From NCBI GenBank assembly GCA_973895155.1, contig OZ316891.1, positions 29,616,231 to 29,680,230 of the forward strand: DNA of 64,000 nt, in the 5' to 3' direction. Made by a program: the position numbers and the translations under genes. Under the pieces are notes generated by a model, which did not search any database, was not told the origin of the DNA, and saw only the letters and a program-made list of their open reading frames with translations. The stretch comes from Marsupella aquatica. Lineage: Eukaryota > Plantae > Marchantiophyta. Of this stretch, positions 48,701-63,031 are shown in pieces (positions within the stretch are counted from its first letter, which is position 1; each line of letters opens with the position of its first letter).

Positions 48701-51158
48701 CTTGCCTGTCGCTTCTTGCGCTGTCCAGAGAGGCGAGTGTTACAGTCTGTGAGCTCCCCTATGATGTCTGTTGTTATACCCTGTCTTGCCTTCTTGCCAG
48801 GAGCAGCAGGCTCAACCTCAGCCTCTGGAGCTGCAACGAGATAAAAGAGCACGGACACAAGTCACTCTTAAATTCGCACTTCATTCAGGCCGGCCATACT
48901 GGACATTCTACGTGACATCTTCATGCTCCAACTCTTACGGTTTTGTCCAGTATACAGCACTGCTACTTGTCGTAAAGTCAGAGGATTACAGAATTTAAAC
49001 CCTAATTCCGACCAAGCTAATCATATTCTAAATGTTGGTTTCTGTCTTAAAGCGATCGTGATTAATGAACTGATGTGTTCTATTGTTCTTTCTAGCCGTA
49101 GAACTCAGAATATACTTACAAGATTTTCATAAGTAAAGACAGCTTTATCTTCTCATTTCGAGTATTGTTGGAAACTTAAACCTCTAAGAAAGCAGCTTCC
49201 AAGAATTGGAGTTATGTGGCAGCCATCATTCATACCAGAGAAGAACGAGGGACAAAAAAGAGTAGGCCGCAACACGAAATATCTCACTAATTTCCACTGC
49301 AAAGTGCATACCTCTTTTCCCATTAGACGCGACTACAGGAGGTGAAATAGCTGGAGCCGCGGCAGGAGTGGCTCCTGCGGCTGGAACGTGTCGTTCAGCA
49401 TGCACCAACCTTTCCCTAGCCTCGTCCCTTTCTATTTTAAGACGGGCAATAACTCTGCAAGCTGCATCGTGCTGCAAAAACAACGATCACAGAATTGTTT
49501 GTCCTCTCATTGCCATCCCAAATAGGGTACTAAAAAACTGTTGACTTGGAAGTCATTCAAAGTCTTTCATGAACTTCGATAAAAAATTCAACGTACTCAT
49601 GGTTCATCATCCCTAAACTCATCCGTAGCTTTCTACTAGGTAACGGCAAAGTGATGCTCAGACAGCATTACCTGATAAAGAGCATGACTAAGCTCCTGAC
49701 GTGCAGTGTGAAGCTGCTGTTCTAGAGCATAGTTTGATAACATTATGGCATCCCACTCCTGTGGACACGGATAAACTGTTAAACGAGCGAAAAGGAAACT
49801 AAGATGGTTCAATTTTAACTCAATAGAACGAAGTAGCTCAACTTTCAACATTGTACAACGATAATGAAATTCAAAGTGTCTCGCACATGCCTTGTCACAA
49901 ATAAATCGCATTTAATTAGTTGGCGTAGAACTAAAGAGTTCAGAAAAGGGTAGTTAAACATACGTTTTGAAACAGGCCGAGCATACTAGGGATGCTAGCT
50001 GCATGAAGTGGTCTTGGTTTGACAGCCTGAAACATTATTTCTTCGTCAGCAAGCCAGTTAACATTTGCGTCACCTTTAACAAGCGAAATGAAGTACTCAG
50101 CGCGAAACAAGTCTCAGTGCAAATCAATGCAAATTTAGCTGACCTTGTTAGTCTTCACGGCAAGCAGATCCTCTGTTGAAAGAGGCTCGCCAGTGACTAT
50201 CTCGGTTCCATGTTCCTGTAACACGTTCATAGATCATTAGAACGTGGCTGTCCCTCCTGTCCACTTCTCCAATGGAAGGACATGAGTACTGTTGGAGGGT
50301 GAATTAGAAGTTGAAGCTGCTCTATAGTTCAGCGGGAACTAACTCATTCATCTCCTCTTGTTCGTAATTTAAGATAGCTCTGGAGTTAGCTGATAATTTC
50401 CCCGTACCCTGGTACAAAATTTAATTCTCTCACAAGCTTCCTATGACGATCGTAAGGATCTAATAAACAGGATTTCATTGACGAGAAGTGTCGCCAGAAG
50501 TGACCCAATGAGTGCCCTGCTCGACATTATGAGCACTGAAGTAAAGGAAGGCACTAGCAAATGGAAAATAACTGCCGATGAGGTGAAAGCCGTAGCGATT
50601 TGCATTCTGACGGAAACAAAACCGCTTCACCATTTACTTGCTCATCCCTCTCCTATCAGCTAAAAAATAATGTATGTTCATATTCGCCTTGACGAGAAAC
50701 TAAAATTGAACCAGCCAGTAAAACTCACCGCGAGATGTTTCTCGATCAGCCTTCTTTCGTAGAGAAGGCCGGATTTTCTTGAAATAACAGGGTCCTCCGG
50801 AGTTACTCCAGAGACTGCGAAGCGTGAACACAAGTGAGAATACAGGCAAAATGTCAGAGTGCTCCTTCCTGAAGGACCCAGAACCAAAAATAGGAATATG
50901 AGAAAAACAGGTGAAGGCGGAGGCAGCGCATTCAGAAACAGAGTCTGGAAAATATGACAGTCACTAGCGGTATGACGCAATTTGTTAAGACAAATACGAG
51001 TGAGATATCATGACACTAGGGTTAGCACGCAAATGTAGAAGAAAGACACGAGGGCAGAGAATTTCAGAGAGGTTTAGCAAGATTTCTTTCCAAGAGAAAG
51101 CAACACCGTTCTTCCAACTTGAAGTACAGAACGTAAGACACCTACTGGCGCAAAACAT
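45704..51158 (-). CDS. PRP19: Pre-mRNA-processing factor 19 (U-box, coiled-coil, WD40; MAC3-like)
   Basis: MFCA|[39 protein letters not shown]|[29 protein letters not shown]|[13 protein letters not shown]40 motifs include [21 protein letters not shown] and [12 protein letters not shown]. Stop at 45704-45706. Confidence 0.96.
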
Positions 51159-51747
51159 GGTGGCGTCCGTGCAGTCTTCAGAGTTTTAAAATCCTCCCAC
51201 GCTAGCCCAGCTCGGCCTGGCCGCTCAGCTCCAGAACCCTAAACGCATCCTCCACAGTGTTAAAACAAAGCCGATGCACGCAAAACCCACGCACAAATTC
51301 ATCAACGCGCACGTCAAAGGATTGGACGAGCGCAATCTGCTCAATGCACAACAAAGGTACCGAAATTTCACCAAAGCTGAAGAGCCCTAAACGGGACTCG
51401 TCCACGTCCTCGTCCTCGTCCTCGTCTCCAGACACAACAATCAACGAATGCGCATTGCAAACCATTCAACTGGAGAGCGACGATTCTACAAAATGCTGAA
51501 CACTCACAAACGAAAGAGGGCAATGGTGAAAGGAGTCTCACAGCAAGTGCGCGGCCTTCAATCCCACATACGCAAGACGAACGAGGGCTGGCGGGAATGC
51601 ACTGTCTTCGCGAGGTCGCGCCTCAGCTCCTCTCCAAGATTTCTCTACAAGCTCGAGAGAAACCTCGTAAACAAGTCTACAGTTTAGTGGTAATTGATAC
51701 GACCATATTCCCTACGGATGAGTTTTATACAATAGAGTCCTGTTTAG

Positions 51748-52060
51748 AGTGCATTGAGATATAGTGCATTTGGAGGGGTTGTTATTGCCCACTACTGTAG
51801 CTCAATAGATGTGTCTTCAATAAAAGATTAGTGCATTGAGATATAGTGCATTTGGAGGGGTTGTTATTGCCCACTACTGTAGCTCAATAGATGTGTCTTC
51901 AATAAAAGATTAGTGCATTGAGATATAGTGCATTTGGAGGGGTTGTTATTGCCTACTACTGTAGCTCAATAGCTTTGTCTTGCATAAAAAAAGAATACAT
52001 CGTGAGATATAATGTATTTTTAGGGGCTGTTATTGCCCACTGGCTCAATAGCTATGTCTT
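51748..52060. repeat. Tandem repeat, 82-bp unit x3 plus a degenerate copy, upstream of PRP19
   Basis: agtgcattgagatatagtgcatttggaggggttgttattgcc(c/t)actactgtagctcaatag starts at 51748, 51830 and 51912. Degenerate copies lie at ~52000 and ~52705. Confidence 0.93.
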
Positions 52061-52079
52061 GCACAAAAGATGCGGTGGA

Positions 52080-52480
52080 CCTTAAAGATGTCGTTGTATT
52101 AAAAAATTCATTTGAAGAAACAATAAGATGTTGTTGACGAAAAAGATGTTGTTGCATAAAAGACTTCATTTGAATAAAAGATGACATTAAGTGGGCAAAA
52201 TATATTGTTTAAAGATGTCATTGTGTAAAAAGTGTCATCCGCAAAAAAAATATTGCTATGTAAAAGATGTCATTTGTCAGAAAGACAATATTGCAAAACA
52301 AAAATGTCATTGCGTAAAGATGTTATTGGACCAAAAATGCTGTTGTGTAAAGATGTTTGGGAGAAAATGTTGTTATGCAAAGATGTCATCATGTAAAGAT
52401 GTCATTACGCAAAACATGTTGTTATGTAAAAGATGTTTGCGGATAAAATCTTGTTGCGCAAAGATGACATTGTATAACAC
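52080..52480. repeat. Degenerate short-period repeat (aaagatgtcattg/aaagatgttgttg-like)
   Basis: Many variants of aaa(g/a)atgt(c/t)(a/g)ttg. This produces the spurious Cys/Lys-rich ORF 52191-52583. Confidence 0.75.
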
Positions 52481-53444
52481 ATGTCATCCCTGTCCCATCC
52501 ATGCCAGGATTTACAATCATTTAACTTTATATAGCTTGTCCCATTTTCAGATCATCTCATGGCCCAAGGAACTTAGTGAATAAATCTGAAGGCTCTCATA
52601 GATTCCCTTCAAAAGTCAGTTTGTAAGCAGATACCCACCATTTTGGGGGTATTAGATATTATAGTAGTTGACAGTGCTCCAGAAGCAGGACCTTTGCGAC
52701 AATATAATGCATTTTGAGGGGCTGTTATTGCCCATAGTGCTATGGAAACAGGACCTCACTGCAGGTATGAGAAATTTTTATTTTTTCTAACTTAAGTGAA
52801 AGTTGAGGACAATCTTCCATATTAAGAAATGATTCAGATCTTGAAGTTTTTTCCTGGAAGTCTTCTGGCCTTAGCAATCATTAATTCACAAGTTTGCACA
52901 ACGCCCCAGTCAAGATCTGGATCACTTCTTTAGGAAGATTCTCCTCAATTTCTACTAAAGTTAGAATGAATAAAACTTTCTCAGCTCCTAGACTGCCCTA
53001 AAAAATACAAAGGGAGAAATCACTAAGGCACTAAGTTTCCATAATTATTAATTTTCACTCCTAGTCTATATTAATCTAACTGTATGAAACTGCATTGTAA
53101 TTGATTGCTTTTTCCGACTTCCCCTTATGGTACATCATTGTTTCAGTCTCCCAACTCCAATTTGTTTTGGCTATTATTTTAATTTTAATTTGGGCCTTCC
53201 ATGGCTGTCTTCTTTGTTATTTTTCCTATCTGCAAATTACTTGAACCCCCCATATATATTTCATTTATTATTTCAATGTAGAAATTGATTGAACCCCTTT
53301 AAGTTCATTTATGTCTCGCCACCTTTTCTCAGCCGTCAGTTGGCTGGAAAAGAAAAATTACTGAAGCTCGATTTGAACTCTCAACCTCAAGGACCCAACT
53401 TGGCTCTTCTACCACTGCATCACATAGATAGTTACACAAAGCTA

Positions 53445-54330
53445 CCGTCTTCCCCTGAACACAACGCCAGGGTGCTGTATTCGCACATGGGATTTTTAGG
53501 GTCCTAAAAGGAAAAAATTGTTTTTGTTCAAACACAGCGTCGTATTAACACAACGCCCGGGCGTTGTGTTCGAAGTTGGCGCTGTGTTTGACTAGTTGGC
53601 GTTGTGTTCGAAATTGCACCCCATGTTTGAGAGACTTTAAGCGGGATTTGAAGTTGGCACTGTGTTCAAAATTGCACCTTGTGTTTGAGAGAGATCCTAT
53701 TTTGTGTTTCCCGTTACGTTCGATGCTGAAGCAAAACTGAACAAAAGAAACTGTCCACAGTTTTTGCATCGTGTGTAGCAATAGTCGCAACAATTTCTGG
53801 AGCAAAAGCTCAGACACACGTACTTGACTGAAAGGGCACTCAACAACTATCTCCTTGTGAAATTTCTTACGTGAATGTGCATATGCACAAACTTAGAAAT
53901 CAGATCAATAATGAATCTCTAAACTCCTATTCTAACTTATCTCCTACAAATAGGTTCATCAAATTTGTGACAAGCTTTCCTTTTGGTAATAGGATAGAGA
54001 TCTCTCTTGGCTCTCTTCCCTTGTGTAATTTCAGTGTTTGAATTACCTACACATTCCCAAACACTTTCTTTAAGACATCAATTCTGTATATGACTTTTAT
54101 TTGTGCTTAAACCATAAATTGATCTCCTAGCCTTATACACAACACCTAAACTCAAACACAACGTCAAACGCAAACACAACACCATTTTTCAAACACAGCG
54201 CCACAAGTGAAAAAATCCAAACCTTGTGACAAAATTTGAACACAATGCCTAGGGCGCTATGTTTGAATATAGCACTCCCCGTCCCACTATTTGAATATAG
54301 CGCCTGGGCTTTGTGTTCGGGGGAAGATGG
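53445..54330. mobile_element. Non-autonomous TIR DNA transposon, probably Tc1/mariner-pogo-like, ~886 bp
   Basis: Left end is TA|ccgtcttcccctgaacacaacgccagggtgctgtattc. The reverse complement of the right end is TA|ccatcttcccccgaacacaaagcccaggcgctatattc. TA flanks both sides, and subterminal ttgtgttcgaa/aaacacaac repeats are inverted. No transposase ORF. Confidence 0.8.
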
Positions 54331-56224
54331 TAGTACTATCTTACATTTAAAGAATCATTCCATGACCCACAACCTCCTCTGGGCCTGTGTCTCCTTGTAC
54401 TTGGCACAAAATTTGATGTGCTTCAATTCCCATGCTCTTCATCATTGCAAGTTTTATAGTTAGATTTTTATTATCTTATACAAAATTTGTGATTTAATAA
54501 ATTTAGAAATCATAATAACTTAGTTTTTTATATATTTTTCAATAAGTTAAAATAGTCAAGCACTAGACTTATGAAGCTATATAGCTATATATGAAACTGC
54601 ATTGTAATTGATTGCTTGCCTTATCACTGTTGTTTTCAAGAAAGTCTTGCAGCAGATACCAAAAATCAATGCTCATTGCATATATACTAGACAGACATTT
54701 ATTGCTTGCCTTATCCCTTATGTTTTCAAGGGTGTTTGATACAAGAGACAAGAATTGAGAATGACATTCTGAATATCAGTATTGAGCCATGGTATGAGAG
54801 CAGTGGGGCTTGGAGATGGACAGAGCCTTTGGTATGATCCAATTATCCATGGGCTTCCGACTCCTTATCTGACATGTCCCCATATTTGCTCGATTGACGT
54901 CTACAATTATAATCATTTCAGCCCTGACAGACATGCCTATGTGGTAACTCTTTTGAGTTGAGACTCATTTTAGGGTTCAAATCTTGTTACTACCTGTTGT
55001 CTTTCTGCAGGGTTATACCAAATTCCCCTTAATTGTTTTTAAATAAAATATAATCCCTCATTCCTTGACAGGTACAAACAAAAGGAATGCCCTACAGGAG
55101 AAGCAAGGTCCTAACACCGCACGTCCAAATGGGGCAGTCCCCTTCAAAGGCCTCTCCGTCGTCAGCCACTAATCAAGAGGTTATTTTGTGATTGATAAAA
55201 TTGGGTCGTCTTGAATAGTTACAATTCCAACCATCCAAGGACTAGGCGTGACTTAACTGTGCTATAAAGGATGCCACAAGTGACTGTATCTGCATGCGTT
55301 TCCCTAATTGCGTTACTCTCGTAAGGCAACAAATCATTTTGTTAAGAACAGATTTATAATTCTGAGAAAAAGGGGTCCTATGAGTGCATACAAATATTAC
55401 TACATCACAATCTCGGTTTCCTCATCCTATGCAAAAAGAGGGAGGTTCTATATCCACAATCTACCTGATATCAAGTTTTCGCATAGGCCAGATGGGCGAT
55501 GGATGAACTGTCATCGGCATGAGCAACAAATATCAAACTACCCAGTGTTGAACAATAGTGTCACTTGATCTGCAGGCAGAAGAATTGTTCCATATACAGA
55601 TCGCACACCAGATTGAAATCTTATATAGCTCAGGACACAGCAATTGCTGCAGTGGCATATTTCGTAAGATAGCCAAGATTCTCTAACAATAGGAAGATAC
55701 TTCCACTCATTCTAATACAAATCTCTCCGCTGCACGAGCAAGAGCAGTAAGGCACTCTGATAAAGCTCTCACTAGCAGCATTCCCCTTCTCGTCAAACGC
55801 ACTTTGATGTCTAACCTCAATTCTATGATTTTCCAGACGACATTGAATCTCTTCCTGGTTTCCCACTGGAAGAGCCAGCCACGCTAATTAATAAATGTCC
55901 AAGGACGGTGTAATGAAATCCATATTTACCTCCTAGGTCTTGGAAAGATTCTATGTATAATTACAGGGAGTGTCAAGTATCAAGTCATGCATGTTACGAG
56001 ATAATACAGCACAACCCTTTATTGTCTAGCAATCATATTGCCAATGTGGCTTTCTCGTGAGTTCTTCAACCGTCTTGGAATCAGCAGCCTCTGTCCTCTG
56101 ACGCAGAGCATTCAGATTATTATAAACGCCGGATACCTGAACGCCGAATACCTCATTGGAGGTTTCTACTTAAAAGTACCCGAAAAGTTCGGCCCAGCAG
56201 ATCGAGATGAGCATTGAAGAACTA

Positions 56225-59200
56225 CTACAATAAGTTGGCTTCTATAAGTCGCCTTCGTGTCAGTGCTTCTTCGACCAAACCGAAGGTTTTCCGGACAACT
56301 GTCTGGTCGACAGCAGTGGTTCTGTATACCTGGAAAACCCTCTCTACATTGCCAGAATTCCGGTTTTGATGATATATCTCACGAAACTTCTTCTCTACAA
56401 AACTGCACAGGCCACGTAATCAGACCTCCAATTACCCGCAAGATGGTGTCCCATCTAAAATCCACCTCGATCAAAATTCTAGGATTTTAGAAGTGCAGGA
56501 AGTCGGAAGAAATTATGATATTTTGAGACACAGCCCAACCACAGTTCCTAAACTTTGACGAGGAGATCTAGCATCATGTTTTATGACGCTGCCACCAAAC
56601 TGTAAGCACAGATGAACGACAGATGAAGATGGTTCACTACAACTTACTCATATGCATGTTCAACTTCAGCGCGCCCTGTTGTGATAGGTTTGTAATCACT
56701 AAACCATTCACACACATTGAGGGGTACCTGTAGACAACCAGAATAGTCAACATTAGATCTCCAGCTCACAAGCTATCAGTTCTCAAAGCAAACCAAAGCA
56801 TCCACACCAGGGTAAAGAGAACAGAAGCCTGTAAGTGCAGACGAGCCATGGCTGAGATCACTGCTTCGAAAGCTTCGCATAAGAGCTAAAACGAAATGGA
56901 AAACTTTGTACCTTTTGAATCTTCTGTTCAAACAAGTCAAACTTGTTCAAAAAGACTAAGAACGAGGCTTTCTGATGGAAACAGACATTCATTTTACAAG
57001 TCAGCATGCTTGCAAAACCTCATTCTTTGCAAAAAGTCCCTGTCCACATGTGCACTTCATGAAATAGTAGATCAAGATGGTAGTTAGACATATTGTACAA
57101 AATGTGAGCATCAGCTGGAAGTGCTCGTAAGAATTACATTTCAACATATACGTGATGTTACCGCAAAAGGACAAACTGTCAGTTCCAAGTCTTATCTTTG
57201 TAGAAACACATGTCTGGTTTCTAATAAGATAACAGCTATGCAGAAGAACATGACATATATACTAACCTCAAACCATGGCTCCTTCAGGACCCAATCAAAT
57301 AACTCCTTCGTTTCAACCATTCTATTTCTTGACTCGTCCTCAAAAAGATTCTTATCATATCTGGACAACACGCAACAAAGACCATTGAAAAACGTTTCTT
57401 TAAATCTAGAGGATATAGTCTAGCTACTTACCGTTTCAGTTACTGTAAGGCAAAAGTAAAACAGCAGCCCACGTTACTCTAACAGTACCTGGTTCCTGCA
57501 AGTCTAGAATGCACTCAATAAAACATGCACCCTGAGGGAGTACATTATGAGAAGCTCGTATGGAAGCGATATCTATCGACCTCTGCCTCAACAGGATGGT
57601 GCAATTACAGTTGCAAATGTAATTCTAGAGCTCGGTAGACTGTCAGCATCCTACTTGCCAGCTTTAGCCAAATATCCGCTAGACAATATCAGTCAGACCC
57701 TAAACAAACATGTACAGAACTTGACTTTTTCCTATTTCATAATTTGAAGCGTGCCAAGTTTTAACCAGTGGATCAAAGATTCTGTAACTTACTCGCTCAG
57801 ACCTGCACAGAAAATGACCGCAGTTACACCCTCGAACAGATGAATCCACTTTCTGCGCTCGTTGCGTTGGCCTCCCACGTCAAAAAGCTTGTACAACACG
57901 GATGGGCCAGGGCTGCAAACATGCCAATATGACATTTTCAATTCGATCAGGGTGGACACGAGTAAATGGTGCACATACCCCTTTCAAATTACCCTAATAG
58001 ATCAGAAGGATCGTAACGTTTGAGCGATCTGCATATTACCAATAACATTTTGACCACTATCTCCTCTATTGGACGAGCATCTTGCAAGTCTTGGATCCAT
58101 AATGATAGACCTTCAGTCACAGAGAACATTGTTGTTCCGCAGCTTATAAAAACAGAGTAACCAGAAACTACTTCTCCTTGCCTGAGAAGGTCACACAGGC
58201 TCATGGGAGAGAATATACTCATCAAACCAACTTCTTCTGCTGGAATTATTATTTTGATACCAAGCATCTGCGACTTCAAGTCAACCTTACCTAAATTCTG
58301 TTTCCACAATCCCAGTGGTACGGACTCGTGAGAAGAGAACGTCATCCTGAATAACAAAAGCTCATAAGATTCAGTAGCGACCGAACGCTAGACCTACGGA
58401 CGAGGAACCCCAATATTCGAAAGAATTCACTCAGAAAATTATGCGCAATCATATCATTATAGACTATAGAATACGTGGACAGATAGATGCCGTAAGTTTT
58501 TCTGCTTCATAACACTCGTCTTTGGCGTCTGAAATCACTAATAGTGACTTGACGCATCTGAAGTTAACGTTCCAGAAAATGCCAATCACTATTCATTCTG
58601 AAAGACGCATATATCCCATCGCCCTAGGACAACTTTAGACTACTCTTGGTCAAAGGAGGTTCATAATCGTTGCCACTAGAATTTACACCTTCCAATAAAC
58701 AAACTTCGCAAACACACTAGTTACTTAGGCAACGCGATTAACAATTAGATTGGCCTTTCAGTAATCTATTACAAACAATTTCGAGAATACTCCCACTTAG
58801 AATAACTATGCCAATCAAAAGTCATTACGTTCAGGATACTTTTCCACCCAAGTATGTGCAGTACTTCTTCCACCCGTTCTTATGAGCTTTCAGGAAGGAC
58901 ATACTTGAGTAGGAACGTAGCCGGGCTGAGCAAGGCGTTCTACATCATCAAGAAAATAGGCCGTGCAATCTGGGAGCTGAAGCTCATTCCCTCTCTCATA
59001 AGTTGCCTGCAATGATGCCGATTTAAACATTAAAAGTCCGTCAGCCAGGGAATTATACTGAAGCCAGCAGCTCTCCACTGCAGCTGTAGAGATACAAGTA
59101 AAATAGTTGGCCGCTCCTAGCCGATGTCATTTCTGGACAAATAAGGTCGTTTTCTGCTGAGATCGTTGCGTGCAGAGAGTCAACGCAAATTATAATAAAA

Positions 59201-61283
59201 ATCTAGAAATCCAAAAGTAAAGAAATTAGAAATACATTTCGATTAGAATATACCTGGATGGCAGGATCCTTCCAGAGCGCCTTGATATTTTCAGCATAAT
59301 CTAAAGATAACTCTGGAAATTCCGGTCCGTTGCCAATCTCCAGAAAGACATCGCCCAGCTCCTGTCAGACCACAAAGGACATGTGTCAGCATTCGTCTCA
59401 TCTTTGAAACTGGATTCACAAGACCACTATTTATACCAGTGTCAAGAAGAACCCACGCAACACAGCATGTGGCTATGATAAAATGTGCTGTAATGGCACT
59501 ACCGCTGCTCTCGAGAAAATGTTATCCTTGCTATTAAAATGACTACATCAACTGACCAGATATTTTGAGACATTTAAAAGTGCCATTTAAAATACTGTTA
59601 TCTCATTCAGCGTAAATCCTTAAGATCCAGCCATATTTCAATGTAAGTTTCAAAACTTAAATAGGTGCCAATGCAACGTGCGATGTATAACCATAACCTG
59701 ACTTTGGTGTACCTTATTCTCTGGCAATAATATGAATTTGTCTGGGTCAGCAGTTGCAAACTCATTCTGGCCGTCAAGGAGAATCTGAGAAGCCAGTCAT
59801 CACATGTTACTACCATCTGTAGACAAATGCCAGACTGCAACAAATCTGATTTCTTAGTGCATATATGGCATGCATTGGAAGTGCATGCTGTGTTTGAAAT
59901 GATGATAATTCACACACAGCAAAGCAAAATTCTGTCATTAGCGCGTTTTACGACTCACTTTAATGGACTCGAAAACATTTGCGTGCACCACAGCCTTGTA
60001 ATTTATTCTTTCTCCATCTGCAAATCCTTCTTGAAATAAAACTTTGATCTGTAACACAACATGTTAGCTAAGTATGCAGCCAGATTTTCCGAACTGCGCT
60101 GCTCAGGTCACAACAACCGAGTAATTCATATCACATCACGAAAGTCACAGAGACAACCTTGAGAAAGTCCTACAAAGAAACTGTACGAGTTGAAAGTCAG
60201 CTTGATCAACCACCTGCTTAAATATTGTTGATTTTCCTGATTCTCCAGCACCTGTGCAGCCAAATATGGATAAGTAGATAATTCATGTGCTACCTGACCT
60301 CCCCGGCTTATCATTCAAGCGTACTCAAAAACTCAAATATCACGTTGCGACTCGATGCCCAAAAAGTTTCCACCATATTGCTGAGTTCTATCCTTTCTTT
60401 ATTTTACTTTTCAGGTTGACAATGGATTAAACAAGATTAGAAGACCCATCAATGAGAAAATAAGTGTCACACAGTTCACGCCACAGCCGGCAACGAAGTT
60501 TAAAACGACGAAAACGTCAGACACATGTGTAGACTTGGAAAGACGTCGAAGCAAATAAGATTGACCCCAACACCCATGTGGCGTGGCGGCCGCTCCTGAT
60601 TGCTCAGATACTCAAGAATCTGACTCATGTCACGATATCCCACTACCGCTAAAAAGTCACAGCCGAGTAAGTCTCACTATTTCAACAGTGTCTGCGGTAG
60701 GGGAATCACGTAGGGCATTTGGCCTTGAAGGCAGTGGGACGTCCATGAATAATTTTAGCTCTGCCTTCCCCTTAAATGGTTACTTTTGAAGGATCTCTAG
60801 ATATTTAAAAAAGGAATTGAGCTAGACAATTCGCAAAACACTGAAAAACAATTCGAGCATACAATTGATGAAACTAAAATAACAACGAATCAATCCAAGA
60901 ACAACTTCAAACTAGGAGCAATCACCTAGTAGAAGCAGCTTTGGCACGTCTTTCTCTGCCTTCTTTTCTTTGCGTATCCGCTTGTCAATTTCTTCTCCCT
61001 GAACAGCGGAAACCGAAGGTAAGCTTCCCTGTTTCGCTGGCTGATCAACTATTTTTATTATCCACTATTGGCACAAAGACTGCACAATTATAATCATCCC
61101 GACTGGACACATTGGGATGCTTGTGAGTATGGATTCAATAGTCGATTGGGCAACTGCTTGCTAAGACCGAGCATCAAGCCCAGCGTGAACGAAAAGGTGT
61201 CCATGGCGATCAATGATAACCTGAGCCTTTTCTGCCTGCTCCCTCGGTGAAACTTGCTGCTCCTTGCCGCAGAATGATCCCAT
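56225..61283 (-). CDS. GPA1: Canonical heterotrimeric G-protein alpha subunit
   Basis: MGSFCGK is a myristoylation/palmitoylation-type N-terminus. Motifs are [18 protein letters not shown] (P-loop), [10 protein letters not shown] (switch I), [28 protein letters not shown] (switch II), FLNKFD and YRTTAVD. The C-terminus is [10 protein letters not shown]. About 13 GT-AG exons. Confidence 0.97.
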
Positions 61284-62994
61284 ACTGCTCAGCTCTCTCT
61301 CGTTGTAAACAGAGAGGAAGCCACTCTATGGATTTGATCGCGGAGCCATCGTCATGATTGATTGCGAGCTTTAGAGTTACGGTCGAGGACGACAGCGTGG
61401 TGGTTACTGTACCTCATACCAGAGCTGCTGCGTTCTCCCCTTCTTTCCCATTCCTGACCGTGAATGAATGCACAAAACAAGCACCTCTTGATTTGACCGA
61501 TCCGACTAGTTTGCCCGGTTCCAAGGAATTCCTCCAGCCCGAGCCGGATGATTGATTGACGGCCAGGCAGCGCAGTCACACCCAAAATTTAGATCTGTGA
61601 ACTACACCAGACACACAAAAAAACAGCTCGCCTCCTCCTTTTCCGTTGCTCCGGTTCTATTAACAAAACCGACCAAATCATTCAATTCCTCGCTCTTCTC
61701 CTTCGCTTCCAGTGGCCAGACCGCTAGCGAGAATCGTAGCGATGTCAATTCGAGATCAGTCCTGTGCTCTAAATCACTCACTTCTTCCGTGCTGCTGGCC
61801 ACCGCGAATCCTTCTCCTATTGAATTTCAGGGCCGACAGGCAGTAGCAGCATGATATTGATGACAAATGAAAAGAAGTCCACCTCTGTGGCAGTAATGGG
61901 CGGTGCAGTGCCGTGGTCACAATTCAGCCCTGCACCTAGTCGACCTAACCAACTTACCTGCTTGCTTGCCTCGCCAATCATGCACTCCTCCAAAGTGAAC
62001 AGTGTGTTCCACTTTCGCATGCTCTATGGAGTGGATGGCAGCCCCGTGGTACCGTAGTACTGTACCATATCACTCAATAGCTTTGACCGTGCTGACCAGA
62101 GCTCGTGACTGTACAGGATTAGAATCATTTCAGAATCACAGAGTCAGAGGACTAGAGGACTATCAGCACACTCCACACTAGGACTCCATCAACCAGTCTG
62201 GCAGGAACGGAGAAGGAGCCTCGAAGAGTCGAAGGGAACGGAAGTACCACTTGTGGTCTCTGAAGAAAGCGGTCTTGGACTATATTCTCGCCGAACAAGC
62301 CGGAGGCACGGTCTTGTAATTAATCGATCAACATATCGTAGAGTCGTGGACTGATGGACAGCAGCCTGATGGAGAGAGTTTTAGAGAGCACTAGACAGAC
62401 TCACTTCTGTTGGACGAATTACGAGTCCGACTTTGGAAGGAAGGGAGAGGAGAGGAGAGGAGACGAGAAGAGAGGAGTCGAGAAGAAGAAGAATAAATGC
62501 AATCTAGTACTCAAAGCAACAAGAGCAGCAAGCAGCATTTGCAATCCACGAATCGCAAACAAGCGAGGAGGAGGGCCACGGCGCTGGGTAATTAGTTGCC
62601 GTAAAGTCGTGGACTGATGGAAAGATGGAGAGCACTATCGATCGAACACTCCACACATTGAAAGCGTACTTAAAAGTAAGTCTTGGGAGAAACCGAAAGC
62701 AACAACACAGTGATCAACATTACAGGAGTTTAAACTCCACGAAGCTCCAACATTCCGGAGGCAGGACCACGGGACCAGTCATGAATTAATTCACCAAACC
62801 ATCGACATTTTTCAAATTATGAACAGACCGATGGATGGAGAAATTGAAACAACACACTCCAGAATCAATTTTAAGAGGTATTGGACAGATTTTGGGACAA
62901 ATTGAAAGACATTCTCGAACTAAACAATGCAAGTAATCGATCAAATCATGAACACAGCGTAGAGTCGTGGGCTGATCGAGAAAATGGTGGAGAT

Positions 62995-62997
<3 letters not shown>

Positions 62998-63031
<34 letters not shown>

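Noticed and set aside
51748-52060. Regular repeats here and at 36621-36794 and 31362-31650 as a possible CRISPR-like array
   Set aside because: Units are head-to-tail with no unique spacers, there are no cas genes, and the context is eukaryotic.
52191-52583. 130-aa Cys/Lys-rich ORF resembling a metallothionein
   Set aside because: It is the translation of a degenerate short-period DNA repeat, starts at GTG and has no gene context.
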